In this document: positions 1 through 10,410 of the stretch, piece after piece | Position numbering within the stretch: the stretch's first letter is position 1 | How the letters are laid out: each line of letters opens with the position of its first letter | Assembly (NCBI GenBank): GCA_965204725.1 | Contig: OZ242005.1 | Location: 608,001-672,000 of the forward strand | DNA from: Candidatus Latescibacterota bacterium | GTDB lineage: Bacteria; Latescibacterota; UBA2968; UBA8231 | Direction of reading: 5' to 3' | Length of the DNA stretch: 64,000 nt | Position numbers and translations under genes: made by a program | The notes under the pieces: generated by a model | Seen by the model: only the letters and a program-made list of their open reading frames with translations | What the model was told of the DNA's origin: nothing | Databases searched by the model: none

Positions 1-997
1 AAGTAGCAGCGAGAACGCTGGAATAGTTCCGCCAATAGTACATCTCTTGGTTGCGCTCTATTTCGTGGCCGCGCCAGAACTGGGCTGTTTTGGCGGCCAG
101 CAATCCTATGTAATCGAGGGGGGTGTGCTGCATGTATTCGAGAGCCTGCCTATAAAAGAACCGGGATTTGGCCGACGGGCGGGTGATCCCTTCCCGCAGC
201 GGCCAAGCCACCAGTTCCTCCCATTCCCACCCCGGGCGCAACGCGAGCGTCCGCTCGGTGTTGGCGTTGTTCCCTAGGTAGAAATTCACGCCGCCGTTGT
301 ACGAGATCGGCACGATGTCGCCGCCGATGGCGTAATTTCTTAGGGTCGCAGGCGCAATCGCCAGCAGGGCACCCAGCACAAAAGGCGCGGTCGTTTTCCG
401 CGACCGGTAGAACAGCCAGATAGCCACGCCTGGGATCAAAGACGCGAGGATCGCCGCGCTAAGCGAGGCAAGGCCCAGCGCGAAACCCGCGACCAGCGCA
501 ACCCAGCGCGTCGGCCGCTCGACCGCACGCATTAACAGCAAGAGACTGACGAGGAAGAGAAACGTGGCCAGCCCAACCGGCAAGAGCCGGGCGTCAAAAT
601 GGATCAGCGGCCCGTACCCCGCTGCAATGAGGCCGCCGCAGAACGCAACGCCGTGACCAAAAAGCCGCTGCCCGACCCAGTACAGCAACACACAAGTCAG
701 GCTGCCGATTAGCGCCTGCGCCCAGCGGGCTGCGTAGTAAAAGGATTCTGGAAATGCGAGCTTGATTGAGCCGAGGAAATAAGGATAGAGCGGGGGTTGC
801 CAAAACGGGCCTTGGCCGCGCCCCAACCAGTTGCCCGCGGCTAGGCGGGCGGCCTGCTCGGAGTAGGTGGTCGCATCGACCGCCGGCATGGTAAAAAGAG
901 GACTGGCCGACATCTCAAACGCATGCACCACCCGCAGGCTCAACGCCAGACCAAAGACGATCCCCAAGGCCCAGCGCGGATGGCTGGCAATGGGCAT
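1..997 (-). CDS. GT-C fold (GT39/ArnT/PMT-like) integral membrane glycosyltransferase; 3' part runs off the window
   Basis: Not in the ORF track (no stop in window). Manual translation from ATG at 997 (GAGGTG upstream): MPIASHPRWALGIVFGLALSLRVV...VDATTY...PFWQPPLYPYFLG...RNYAIGGDIVPISYNGGVNFYLGNN; multi-TM with D-x-x-x-Y and P-L-Y-P motifs. Confidence 0.75.
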   Translation of the reverse strand, partial: MPIASHPRWALGIVFGLALSLRVVHAFEMSASPLFTMPAVDATTYSEQAARLAAGNWLGRGQGPFWQPPLYPYFLGSIKLAFPESFYYAARWAQALIGSLTCVLLYWVGQRLFGHGVAFCGGLIAAGYGPLIHFDARLLPVGLATFLFLVSLLLLMRAVERPTRWVALVAGFALGLASLSAAILASLIPGVAIWLFYRSRKTTAPFVLGALLAIAPATLRNYAIGGDIVPISYNGGVNFYLGNNANTERTLALRPGWEWEELVAWPLREGITRPSAKSRFFYRQALEYMQHTPLDYIGLLAAKTAQFWRGHEIERNQEMYYWRNYSSVLAAT

Positions 998-1035
998 CTG
1001 CTCACCTCGCAGCCCAGCGCGCTGGCTCCTCCCGC

Positions 1036-2190
1036 TCAATCCATGCGGTTGGCATTGATATAGTCCCAGTTATAAGCCATGCCCAGCCCCGGTTCTTGCG
1101 ATACGTGGACGAACCCTTCGTCGTCCATGGGATCGGCGATCTGATCGAGGTGAGGCGGGCTGGCATCGTACTCGCGCCCGGGGCGCAACAGCCCGCGCTC
1201 GTAGTAGCGGCAGGTGGCCTCCGGGGCGGCCGCGGCCAAGTGTACATGCGGCGCACCCACCCCGTGCAGCTCGCATTGCACGCCGTAGAGCTGGCACAAA
1301 TTGATCAGCTTCCAGCAGCCGGTGATGCCGCCGTAATTCACGTCGATGCGCAACATGTCGCAGGCCCCTTGCAACAGCCACTCGGCCCGCGCAAAGGGAC
1401 CGCCCTTGACGTGTTCGGGGGAACAGATAGCAATGGCGGTTTGCTGGGTCAAGCGGCGATAGGACTCCACCCGCGTCTCGACCATCGGATGCTCCAACCA
1501 GTAGTAATTGAGCACTTCCAATTCCCGCGCGACCCTCAGCGACTCTTCGAGGGTATAGACGCCGAATGGATCGAGCATCAGCACCACATCGTCGCCCACG
1601 GCCTCGCGCACCGCCCGACAGATCGCCATGTCCTCTTGGGGAAATCCCGGCAGTTGCGGCGCGGGTTCCCGCGTGTGCGGATTCCAGCAGATATTGGCAT
1701 GAACTTTGAAGGCTTTGTACCCGCGCTCAACACATGTGCGCGCCAACGCGGCGTACTCTTCGGGGCCGCCCAAGTTCGGGTAGGTGCTGGCGTATGCTTC
1801 GACCCTATCGCGGGTGCCGCCCAAGAGTTGGTACACCGGCATGCCTGCTTTTTGCCCGGCCAAGTCCCACAGCGCGCAATCGACAATCCCGAGCTCGTGT
1901 TCGGCGAGGCTGTGGCCAAACGTGGACATCTGGTCCATCCAGTGCCATAGCTTCTCGCGGTTTAGGGGATCCTCGCCGACGAGGAGGTTTTTGACGGGGC
2001 CTTCCATAGTCGCCTTGCTGCCGCCCAAGCTGTGCCCGACGACGCCCTCGTCAGTGGAAATTTGGGTGATCGCCCCGGTGCTTTCCACCTCTTCGTCGTC
2101 AATCCACACGCCGTAGCCCCAGCGCGACCCTGCACTGCGGCCGCGATGCTTGGTGCGAAAACGAATGACTTCAACATTGGTAATTTTCAT
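1036..2190 (-). CDS. Mandelate racemase/muconate lactonizing enzyme (enolase superfamily), probable sugar-acid dehydratase/epimerase
   Basis: DCALWDLAGQKAGMPVYQLLGG capping-domain motif; KVH; metal ligands D (MLDP), E (LEHP), E (SPEH); GAGGAGG RBS. Confidence 0.9.
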   Translation of the reverse strand: MKITNVEVIRFRTKHRGRSAGSRWGYGVWIDDEEVESTGAITQISTDEGVVGHSLGGSKATMEGPVKNLLVGEDPLNREKLWHWMDQMSTFGHSLAEHELGIVDCALWDLAGQKAGMPVYQLLGGTRDRVEAYASTYPNLGGPEEYAALARTCVERGYKAFKVHANICWNPHTREPAPQLPGFPQEDMAICRAVREAVGDDVVLMLDPFGVYTLEESLRVARELEVLNYYWLEHPMVETRVESYRRLTQQTAIAICSPEHVKGGPFARAEWLLQGACDMLRIDVNYGGITGCWKLINLCQLYGVQCELHGVGAPHVHLAAAAPEATCRYYERGLLRPGREYDASPPHLDQIADPMDDEGFVHVSQEPGLGMAYNWDYINANRMD

Positions 2191-2307
2191 TTGGTCCTCC
2201 TCAGAAATGGATGAGAGATTTCATGTACCGGATAAAGGGACAGAACGCCCAAAAAATTCAAACGGTACCACTACCTATTTTTTCGCTATTTGCGGACGTT
2301 ATTTTCT

Positions 2308-2335
2308 CGTCATTCCCGCGCAAGCGGGAATCCAG
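2308..2335. repeat. REP/dRS3-like palindrome CGTCATTCCCGCGCAAGCGGGAATCCAG
   Basis: ATTCCCGC-loop-GCGGGAAT hairpin; related copies at 23790 and 62301. Confidence 0.8.
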
Positions 2336-2338
2336 AGT

Positions 2339-2401
2339 CAGTTGATCCATTCGGTAGAAGTAAGGTAATGGGGATGTATCGACGCTACAGATTCTTGGCA
2401 T
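2339..2401 (-). pseudogene. Truncated DUF3368-like PIN toxin (N-terminal ~21 codons only)
   Basis: MPRICSVDTSPLPYFYRMDQL overlaps the end of the UPF0175 gene and resembles the DUF3368 start (NTSPL..L..I.QL); homology stops at the palindrome. Confidence 0.55.
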
Positions 2402-2648
2402 GGAAGAAATCCTTTGCCAGTTCTTCCGGGGGTAGATTGATCGTCGATACTTGGTATGTCTTTAAGGCATCTAAAAACACAACGCGTTCCATACCCGCAA
2501 ATCGAGCGGCTTGCCCAGAAGACAGACTTCCGAGTTCAAACAGTTTGACAGCTATCAGCAGACGTCCTTTTTCGGCGAAGTGTCCAGGCGTTTCGCCGAG
2601 GGTTTGCAGAATATCATCTGGACACTCAAATGTGATTTTAGACATTAT
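2385..2648 (-). CDS. UPF0175 family antitoxin-like protein
   Basis: AVKLFELGSLSSGQAARFAGMERVVFL helix-turn-helix pattern; likely start MSKITFECP. Confidence 0.8.
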   Translation of the reverse strand: MMSKITFECPDDILQTLGETPGHFAEKGRLLIAVKLFELGSLSSGQAARFAGMERVVFLDALKTYQVSTINLPPEELAKDFFHAKNL

Positions 2649-2667
2649 GCACTCCGTCTGGAAATTC

Positions 2668-4362
2668 TCATTGGGAAAACAACGTCTCGAGGCGGTCCTC
2701 ATATACCACAACCCGCGCTTCGTAGTCCCGCCGCAGCCCGCGCAGGAACTCGTCGGCCAAGCGGCTTTCCTCGGCGCGTTTCAACAGCGCCCGCGCCCGC
2801 TTCGCCGCTGTGTCGAAAGGCTCGGGCGCACTGCCGAAGTTCGACTCCAGCACCTTGAATACCGAATAGTACTCGCCGCCCCGCGGCATGGCCTCCGGGC
2901 CGACCACTTGGGCGGCCTGCGCCGTCACCGCTAGCGGGCCGTACAACCGGCCGACCTCGGCGTTGCGCACCGCGTCGATCAATTCTCGGTAGAAGGATTG
3001 TTCAAAGGCGTGGATGTGGAATTTGCCCTGCGCCCCTTTGCCGACGGCGCGCAAGGTGTGCTCGTCGGCGAGCGGGCCTATCGGCTCCCCTGCCTCGATC
3101 CGCTCCTTGAGCGCGGCGGCCTCGGCCCGGGTTCGCACCATGATCTCCTGCAGCGCGACCTCCTCCGGGGCGGTAAACAACTCGGGCCGCTCGTCGTATA
3201 GGTTTCTGACGGCCTCCGGCTCGATATGGACTTGGTCCTTGACCGCCGTCTGCCTAAGAGCCAAGAGTAACAGTGCGTCTTTGCGGCGCTGGTGCCAGCG
3301 CGCGATCGGCTCTTCGCGGTCCAAGCCCCTTTCTGTGGCCACGTGCAAAAACAAGGTGCGGGGCAGCAGCACGTCTTCGGCGAACCAGCGCACCGACTCG
3401 GCAATGTCGCCGGAAAAACCCATCTTCAACTCGTCAGCGTACTCCCAAAAATCGCCTACGGTGACCCGACCGCCGCGAAATTGAAAGAGCTCCTCGGCGC
3501 GTTCGGCCGCGGTGTACTCTCTCCGCCCGGCCGCGATCTGTTGCTGGAGCTGATGCAAGGTCGCGGCGTTGGCCTGCAAGTCGAGGTCGGTCCGCAGTTG
3601 CGCTAGGAATGCCTCTATCAGCGCGGTCGTCTTTTCCTCTCTCAGCTTGGCCTCCAGCGCATTGCTCGCCGTGGCAAAACTCACGGGCCGGGCGTGCATG
3701 ACTTGATAGATCCCAAACTGACCATTGGGCAAGTCAATCGGCTCTGAGTACTCGCCGACCGCGAGCGCGTTGATATACTGTTGCAGGTAAATCGGGATGC
3801 GGTTGGCAGTCAGATAGCCGTCGAGCTCCCCGCCGTGCGGCGCGGTCGATTGGTGCAGCGACCGGCTGAGCGCCAGTTCGGCGAAATCCCTCCCGTCAGC
3901 CAGACTTTGCCGAATTTGCTCGGCTTCTTGCTGCGTAGCCACGATGATCAGGCGCAGCTTAATCTCGCGCTCCTCGTCCGCGGCCTCGTAGGCCGCGCGC
4001 AGCTCCTGTTCACTGACGCGGACCTTGGCGAGGAATTCGCGCTCGAACAACAGCCGCAACACCCGCTCGGCCTTTTCCCGCCGCAGCTTCTGCGCCACCT
4101 CCGGCGCTTTGTCAAGCCCCCGGTTGAGCGCTTCTTGGAGGAAAATCTCCTTGTCGATAATCGTCTGTAAATAGTCGCGGTAGCCGTCCAAACCGGACTT
4201 CTTGGTCTTTAGCTGCTCTGGCAAGCGCTGTTCAAAGTCGATCAGTTGAGAGGCCGTTATCCGGCGGTCGCCCACTTGGGCCAAAACCGGATCTTCGAGT
4301 TCCTCAGCATCCTTTGCACAACCAGCGAGGACCAAGCCGACGCCCAAAAGTATCAGATTCAT
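2668..4362 (-). CDS. Lipoprotein peptidyl-prolyl isomerase/foldase with two PpiC (parvulin) domains (SurA/PrsA-like)
   Basis: Lipobox LAGC; VLAQVGDRRIT SurA-N-like start; DFAELALSRS..GGELDG and a second parvulin repeat (EIMVRT..IGPLADEHT..G). Confidence 0.85.
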   Translation of the reverse strand: MNLILLGVGLVLAGCAKDAEELEDPVLAQVGDRRITASQLIDFEQRLPEQLKTKKSGLDGYRDYLQTIIDKEIFLQEALNRGLDKAPEVAQKLRREKAERVLRLLFEREFLAKVRVSEQELRAAYEAADEEREIKLRLIIVATQQEAEQIRQSLADGRDFAELALSRSLHQSTAPHGGELDGYLTANRIPIYLQQYINALAVGEYSEPIDLPNGQFGIYQVMHARPVSFATASNALEAKLREEKTTALIEAFLAQLRTDLDLQANAATLHQLQQQIAAGRREYTAAERAEELFQFRGGRVTVGDFWEYADELKMGFSGDIAESVRWFAEDVLLPRTLFLHVATERGLDREEPIARWHQRRKDALLLLALRQTAVKDQVHIEPEAVRNLYDERPELFTAPEEVALQEIMVRTRAEAAALKERIEAGEPIGPLADEHTLRAVGKGAQGKFHIHAFEQSFYRELIDAVRNAEVGRLYGPLAVTAQAAQVVGPEAMPRGGEYYSVFKVLESNFGSAPEPFDTAAKRARALLKRAEESRLADEFLRGLRRDYEARVVVYEDRLETLFSQ

Positions 4363-4390
4363 TTTATTGTACCTTATCTACGGCTTGGCC

Positions 4391-7222
4391 CTAGCGGACG
4401 CTGCCATATACCGTCACGAAGGAAAGCGCGCCCGTCTCCCGCGCACTCGGTTGTTCAAAGCGCTCTAGACGACGTCGGCTCAGCCTAAGCCCCATCAGGG
4501 TTTGCAGGGTATAGCCCAGATACGGCTTGTCGATGGAAAACTGCACGGCGAGCGAGGTCTCGGCGAAATCCCCGGTCACATCGCCAGCGCGCAAACCACC
4601 GGCGGCCGTCTCAGCTTGGACAAAATCGCGGAAAATTAGGTGCTCGACTCCTACCTGCAACAACACGCTGTTCAAAAAGGGGCGTCGCACCAACAGCGAA
4701 AAAATCCCGCTCCAGTCTTGGCGCTCGGCAGCCGCGGCGTTGGTTAGGCGGCCAATGTTATAGGGCGTGTCGTCCATGAAAAGTTCGTGCTTGAAGCGCG
4801 GTTGCACCGCCAGCCGGCCCAGCGAAAACTGGTAGTCAAAGCGGTTGATCAGCCCCAGCCGCCGCGTGGTGCGGGCGATTTTGCGACCGGTGCGATCGCG
4901 GGCCTCGGCGTCGCGCTGCCGAATGAATTCGTGGATGAGCTTGCCCTCGCTATGGATGCCCCGGTAGGGCTTGCTGGTAAAACCAGCCCACAGCCGGTTG
5001 ACGACCGCGTCGCGCATGGCCAGCGGGTCTGCGATGGGCTGCATCGCCCCAGACGAGTTTAGCGGCCGGCCCAGCTCGGGCCGCGCCGTCACCCATTGAA
5101 CCACGTCGTCGGCAATATCGTCCTGCACCACCTTGAACACGTTGTAGAAAGCCGCATTGCCCAGCCGGGGGAAATCGCGCTCGTAGGCCAGCAGGGCGTA
5201 GCGGGTCAGGTTGTTTTCGCCCGTCGATAGGCGCTGAACGTGCTCTTGCCCGGCCATCCACTTCAAGGCCGGCGTCAGCCACGCCCCCAAGTAGGCGTTG
5301 TACCCGCGCCGGTCGCGCTTATAGGGGTAATCCGGCTCGTCGTCGTTTTCAAAGCGCTCGCCCCAACCATTGTTGTTCAAATCGAGGGCAAAGACGAATT
5401 CTGGGCGATCGACGTAGTGGCGCAAAAACTGCTCCTCGTAATCGGGCATGAAGTTCGGGCGCACGGACGTGTTGTTCTGGTTGAAATCGGAAATGAAGTC
5501 GTTGTTCTCGTCGAGCCCGGGGAACACCGCCTCGTCGGCCCAGCCCTCCTTGTCGCGCCGTTGGTCGAGGCGGATGTCGTTGTCGTCGTTGTCGTCGACC
5601 AAGTCGTAGATAAATTCCGACCGCGCCTCTTCGTCGTCGCCGTAGTTGATCCGCCCGCCCTGATCGACGAGGAACGATGTGGTATTGTACTCGGCGTCCA
5701 TGCCAAACGCCTCGCCGAAGAAGAAGAAGGGATGCAATTCTTTGGCGACGTTGATCATCCAGCCCGTCGCTGACTCGTCCCCCAACACGCCGGACGCGCT
5801 GCGGTGGGTCGAGCGCGTGATATTGGGGTACTGCCGGAACTGGTGGTTGACATTGTACTCGGCGTACAGCCGAAAACCCGCCCAATCGCTGACCTCAAAG
5901 CTGAAGCCAAAAACCTGAGTCGCGGTCGGCAAACCGTAGTCGAAAACAACCCACTGCTGATTGGAGTTGTCGCGGACATTGTCGGCCGCCCGCACTACGG
6001 TTAAGAACTTGGATTGGGCACCCAACGGCTCGTTGTCGGTCTGGACATCCGAGGTGACGGCGACCCGGTAATCGTTGTTGAGCAGGAAGCGGAACCGCAC
6101 CGCAGTGATGTTGTTGACCAAGTCGGCGTCGTCGATGAGGTCTTCCAACGCCGCCACGGCCGGGGCCTCCGCGGAAAAATTGTACCGATAGGTGAGCGCG
6201 CCCTCGCTGCCCGCTCCTTCGGCCACGGGAAAGCCATTGCGCGTGGTGCCCCCTTCCACCTGCGGCTGAAAGCCGATTTGGCTGCCGACCAGCACGGTGT
6301 CGCGGCCGCCGATTTGGGTATGGACTTCGATGTCGCGGTCAAAAACCATCGGGCCGCCCACGCCGTCCTCGGGCGAGTCGTCGGTTATGCGGACGATGAT
6401 CCAGTTGATGCGGTTCTCCAGTTGACCATTGGTCAGCTTGCCCTTGAAGGGGTTGCCGCCGCGGTCAGCTTGCGCCCGGCCGTTGTGGGCGTTGACAAAG
6501 GTCGCGCCCAAGCGCACGGCGTTGAGGGCCTTCCATTCGCTCCTGAAGCCGAGCAAATTGGTAAAGTTTTCCGTGACGACCGGGACGCGCACCCCCGGCG
6601 CGATCTGATCCACCGGCAGGCTAATCCGCGCCATCAGCACAGTCGCGGCCAAGCGATCGGCCGCATAGTCGAATTGCACCCCGTTGAAGCGGGTTTTGCG
6701 GAACGTCATCGGCGTCAACGTGGTGTTGATCAAGTCGCCGATGGTCACCCCCAAATAGTGCTGGCCCTTGGCGTCGGTGGCGATGAGCAGGTTGCTAAAC
6801 CACGAGTTGTAGCGGCCGTCCGGCTTGAGCAGGCCCGAGCCCCCCGAGCTGGTCGGCTGCCGCTGCCGCCAGTCGTACACCAGCCAACCCTTGGTTAAAT
6901 AGCGGCCGTACAGGTCGTAGAAATAATCGCCTTCCTGCGCGGGCGAAAAATAGCGCCGGTAGGGCGTCTGGGCGTAGTTGGTGTACTCCCACTGCCAGCG
7001 GTATTCCGGGGCCATTTCCTGCGGCATGTACCAGCGCTTCAACGCGGGGACCAACGCCGCCTGCTGCGTGAGCGGCCCGGTGGCGTAGTAGGAAACCCGG
7101 TCCGCCTCGTTGATCCCCAAGCGGTTGCCGTAGTCGGGCTGGGCACTCGCCGGCGTCAGCCCGGCCAACAAGCAAACCACCGCCCACCTAATGCGCGGCC
7201 CCTTGGTCGAATCGCGTCGCAT
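4391..7222 (-). CDS. Large secreted/putative outer-membrane protein with Asp-rich motifs (paralog A, 943 aa)
   Basis: Signal peptide (ASA-Q); alternating beta-strand pattern; DDSPEDG, DDNDDND, PGLDENNDFISDFNQN, DLNNN; colinear paralog of the adjacent gene. Confidence 0.8.
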   Translation of the reverse strand: MRRDSTKGPRIRWAVVCLLAGLTPASAQPDYGNRLGINEADRVSYYATGPLTQQAALVPALKRWYMPQEMAPEYRWQWEYTNYAQTPYRRYFSPAQEGDYFYDLYGRYLTKGWLVYDWRQRQPTSSGGSGLLKPDGRYNSWFSNLLIATDAKGQHYLGVTIGDLINTTLTPMTFRKTRFNGVQFDYAADRLAATVLMARISLPVDQIAPGVRVPVVTENFTNLLGFRSEWKALNAVRLGATFVNAHNGRAQADRGGNPFKGKLTNGQLENRINWIIVRITDDSPEDGVGGPMVFDRDIEVHTQIGGRDTVLVGSQIGFQPQVEGGTTRNGFPVAEGAGSEGALTYRYNFSAEAPAVAALEDLIDDADLVNNITAVRFRFLLNNDYRVAVTSDVQTDNEPLGAQSKFLTVVRAADNVRDNSNQQWVVFDYGLPTATQVFGFSFEVSDWAGFRLYAEYNVNHQFRQYPNITRSTHRSASGVLGDESATGWMINVAKELHPFFFFGEAFGMDAEYNTTSFLVDQGGRINYGDDEEARSEFIYDLVDDNDDNDIRLDQRRDKEGWADEAVFPGLDENNDFISDFNQNNTSVRPNFMPDYEEQFLRHYVDRPEFVFALDLNNNGWGERFENDDEPDYPYKRDRRGYNAYLGAWLTPALKWMAGQEHVQRLSTGENNLTRYALLAYERDFPRLGNAAFYNVFKVVQDDIADDVVQWVTARPELGRPLNSSGAMQPIADPLAMRDAVVNRLWAGFTSKPYRGIHSEGKLIHEFIRQRDAEARDRTGRKIARTTRRLGLINRFDYQFSLGRLAVQPRFKHELFMDDTPYNIGRLTNAAAAERQDWSGIFSLLVRRPFLNSVLLQVGVEHLIFRDFVQAETAAGGLRAGDVTGDFAETSLAVQFSIDKPYLGYTLQTLMGLRLSRRRLERFEQPSARETGALSFVTVYGSVR

Positions 7223-10020
7223 TACTCTACCCCAGCGTACACCGAGATAAAACTAGTCCCAAAGGAGCGGCTCTCGCTCTGCTTGACGAGGCCCTCGGCA
7301 CTCAACACCACGGCCTCGTCCCACCGCTTGGTATAACTAAGGCCGAACTGGGTGGTCAGCTTGTAGCCGAGATAGTGCCCGAGCGTCGTCCACTGCAAGG
7401 CCAAGACCAAGTTGCGAAAATCGCCCGTGTCTGCGGTGGGGCCGTCGGCCAGCAATGCGTCTTCGTCTAGGACCAACTCGCGGAACATCGAATACTCCAC
7501 GCCGCTTTCGAGGAAGGAGTTGTTCAACACCGGCAGCCGCGCCTGCACAATGCCGATGCCCATCCACTCCTTGCGATCGGGCTCGGCCCGCAAAAAGGCC
7601 GTCTGGTTGAGGTATTCGCTTTTGAGCTTGGGTTGCAGCACGAGCTGGCCGATTTCGTAGGTGTAATCCGCCTTATTGATCAGCCCCAGAAACTGGGTGC
7701 GTGGATTGAGAATGGGCGCGTCGCCGCTTTTGAACGCCTGACCGCGCTGGCGGAAGAGGCTGTACTTGAACTTGTTGATCACGTTTAATTTTTTGACCGG
7801 CGCATAATCGAATTGCACGTAGCTGTCATTGACCCAAGTGTCCCGAGCCGGCAGGATGTCCTCGACGAGGGCCAGCGAGACCGTCTGCAAGTCGGGCGTT
7901 GGCTCGCGGCGAATGTCCGGGATGTTGTCGGCGACCTTTTTCAGGGAATTGAAAAACCGCAAGCGACCCCAGCGCGGGTGGTCGCGGTCGTACGCGAAAA
8001 CGCCGTACGTCACGTGGTTGCGGCGGTCGGACGAGATCTCGTTTTCGCGCAGCCGCCCTACGGTCAAGCGCGCGTCCGGCGTCAGGTGCTGGCCGACGTA
8101 CACATTGTACCCCCGGTGATTGCGGCGATAGGGGTAGTCGGGCAAGTCGTCGTTTTCAAACCGGTCGATCCAGTTGTTGTTGTTGAGGTCAATGCCGAAG
8201 AGGAATTCTGGGCGATCGACGTTGTAGCGGAAAAACGGCTCCTCGTAATCCGGGATGCGATTGCTCAGGGAGACGTTGTCGTTCTGGTTGAAATCCGAGA
8301 CGAAGTCGTTGTTTTCGTCCCAACCGGGAAAGACGATCGCATCGGGGCCGCCTTGGCCCCAGCGGTTCCAATCCGGCGTGCGGTCTTGGTCGTCGTTGTC
8401 ATCGACGAACTCATAGACCGAGGTGCGCTCGTCGTCGTAATACACGCTGCCGCCCGAATCGACGATAAACGCCGTCGTCGAGTACGCCGGGTCCATGCTG
8501 AAGGCTTCGCCGAACAAGAAAAACGGATACGCCTGCTTGGAAACATTGACCATCCAAGCGGCCGCGTCGCGGGCGTGGGTATTCAGGTTGCGATCCGAGT
8601 TGACGAGCGTGAGGTTGGGATACTGGGTGTAAGCGCGATTGATGTCGTACTCGGCATAGGCATCAAAGCCCAGCAACTGCAACACCTCCAGCGTGAACCC
8701 AAACACCATGTTGGCCGACGGCAACCCATAGTCGAAGACGACGCGCTGTTGGTTTGAATTGTCCGTCACATTGCCGGCCGCACTGCGGACGTCAAAGAGC
8801 ACGGCCCCGGCTTGCTCCAAATCCAAGCTCGTAAGCGGCGGACTGGGTAGGCTGCCGCGCCCGATCTGGCGGTCGGACCAAACTTGGATCTTGTAGTCGT
8901 TAGCAACGACCAAATCGAACTGGATATCGACGATCTCGGTCGGCCTGGGGCCAATATAGGCCAAGTCGGCGAAATCGTAGTTGATGACGATTTGCTCCTC
9001 GCCATCGGCCGCCAAAAAACCCTCCCGGGGGAAGCCGCCAGTGACGACCGGCCACTTGGTCGGATCGGCGACCACCTCCCGCCAGCGGAATTTCGTGCGC
9101 TTCTTGGTGTTGAAGTCCTCGGCCGTAATGATGATGTCGTGGGCAAACAGCGCCGCCCCGCCCCGACCATCTTCCGGGGAGTCGTCGCTCAGGACCACGG
9201 CGATGGCCCGAATAGGGTCGCTGCCCTGCTCGGCCCCCAAGGTGCCGACGAGCGGGTTGCGTTCAAACGCCTCGGCCAGCGTCTGCGAGTGATGGGCATT
9301 GACCAGCGTCGCGCCGAGCTTGACGAAATCCCCCACCTGCGCGGTGGCCCGGCCCCCCATCATATTGGTCGCGTTGGTCGAGGTGCTGGGCTGGCGCTCG
9401 GGGGTGGTGCCGAGAATGGCCTCGCTGGCGCGGGAGAACAACAGCGTCGCTTCGTATTTGTCTGCGGCAAAGTCCATCTGGATGCCGTTGAAGCGCGGCT
9501 TTGAAAAGGTCAGCGGGGTCAGGGCCGTGCGAATGCGCTCGCCGATGGTTATCGCCAAGTAATACTGATCTCGTGCGTCGGAAGAAACCGTGACGGCGTT
9601 GAACCACGAATTGAACTTGGGGTCTTTGTATATCGACGAACCAAATTGGCCCGGTTGGGTCTGGTTCCAGTCGAAAATCAACCAACCCCAAGTCTGGTAA
9701 TTCCCGTACAGGTCGTAAAACGGCCCGCCTTGGCGGTTGGTGTTGACGTAGCGCTGGTATAGGTCGCGTGCGTAATTCGAGTACTCCCACTGGCGAAAGC
9801 CGTAATCGACGTATAGCTCCTGCGGCACGTACCATTTCTTGAGCGCCGGATCGAGGGCATCGAAGAGGACGCCCGGCCCTCTGGGCTCAAAGGTGAGCTG
9901 GGCGCCGCGCTGGGTCCCGAAACGACGGTCCAGCGACTGGCCGACCGCCCCGGTCGCCGGCCATACCAGCGCCAACGCCCAGAGGACCAACCACGCGGAT
10001 ACCCCCCTAGTTCTGCCCAT
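7222..10020 (-). CDS. Large secreted/putative outer-membrane protein with Asp-rich motifs (paralog B, ~932 aa)
   Basis: Signal peptide; same motifs (PALKKWYVPQE, DDSPEDG, DDNDDQD, PGWDENNDFVSDFNQN); stop overlaps the start of paralog A (TAATG). Confidence 0.8.
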   Translation of the reverse strand: MGRTRGVSAWLVLWALALVWPATGAVGQSLDRRFGTQRGAQLTFEPRGPGVLFDALDPALKKWYVPQELYVDYGFRQWEYSNYARDLYQRYVNTNRQGGPFYDLYGNYQTWGWLIFDWNQTQPGQFGSSIYKDPKFNSWFNAVTVSSDARDQYYLAITIGERIRTALTPLTFSKPRFNGIQMDFAADKYEATLLFSRASEAILGTTPERQPSTSTNATNMMGGRATAQVGDFVKLGATLVNAHHSQTLAEAFERNPLVGTLGAEQGSDPIRAIAVVLSDDSPEDGRGGAALFAHDIIITAEDFNTKKRTKFRWREVVADPTKWPVVTGGFPREGFLAADGEEQIVINYDFADLAYIGPRPTEIVDIQFDLVVANDYKIQVWSDRQIGRGSLPSPPLTSLDLEQAGAVLFDVRSAAGNVTDNSNQQRVVFDYGLPSANMVFGFTLEVLQLLGFDAYAEYDINRAYTQYPNLTLVNSDRNLNTHARDAAAWMVNVSKQAYPFFLFGEAFSMDPAYSTTAFIVDSGGSVYYDDERTSVYEFVDDNDDQDRTPDWNRWGQGGPDAIVFPGWDENNDFVSDFNQNDNVSLSNRIPDYEEPFFRYNVDRPEFLFGIDLNNNNWIDRFENDDLPDYPYRRNHRGYNVYVGQHLTPDARLTVGRLRENEISSDRRNHVTYGVFAYDRDHPRWGRLRFFNSLKKVADNIPDIRREPTPDLQTVSLALVEDILPARDTWVNDSYVQFDYAPVKKLNVINKFKYSLFRQRGQAFKSGDAPILNPRTQFLGLINKADYTYEIGQLVLQPKLKSEYLNQTAFLRAEPDRKEWMGIGIVQARLPVLNNSFLESGVEYSMFRELVLDEDALLADGPTADTGDFRNLVLALQWTTLGHYLGYKLTTQFGLSYTKRWDEAVVLSAEGLVKQSESRSFGTSFISVYAGVE

Positions 10021-10050
10021 CAAATTCCTCCATCAAAGGTCGATACGGAC

Positions 10051-10383
10051 TCACGCCTTCCGAGCATTCCTCAATTTGCCGACCCAAGCCAGTACTACGA
10101 TGACCACCGGCCAAAACATGGTATTGATTAGATCGTGAATACTCGCCGTCAGGGCTGTCTGGCGAAAGTAACTCAGATAGGTATAATCGTCGCGTAAGTC
10201 AAAAACCTCCATCAGGGCCGCCGTAATGGCGACCGGGATCAAACAACGCGATTCAATCGCGCCCTTTTTCCACAGGACTACGGCCCCAAAAAACACGAGC
10301 AATCCGAGGTGAACGTGGATCGAGTCGTGTGAAAGCTCCAAGAGGGTGGTGATTACGGACTTAGCGTTTTGATAGGTGGACAT
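10051..10383 (-). CDS. Small membrane protein, hypothetical
   Basis: 110 aa with ~3 TM segments; HVHLGL, MEVFD and DLINTMFWP motifs; GAGG RBS. Confidence 0.7.
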   Translation of the reverse strand: MSTYQNAKSVITTLLELSHDSIHVHLGLLVFFGAVVLWKKGAIESRCLIPVAITAALMEVFDLRDDYTYLSYFRQTALTASIHDLINTMFWPVVIVVLAWVGKLRNARKA

Positions 10384-10410
10384 TGCCTCGTTTTTATTCC
10401 ATGTGTGCCG

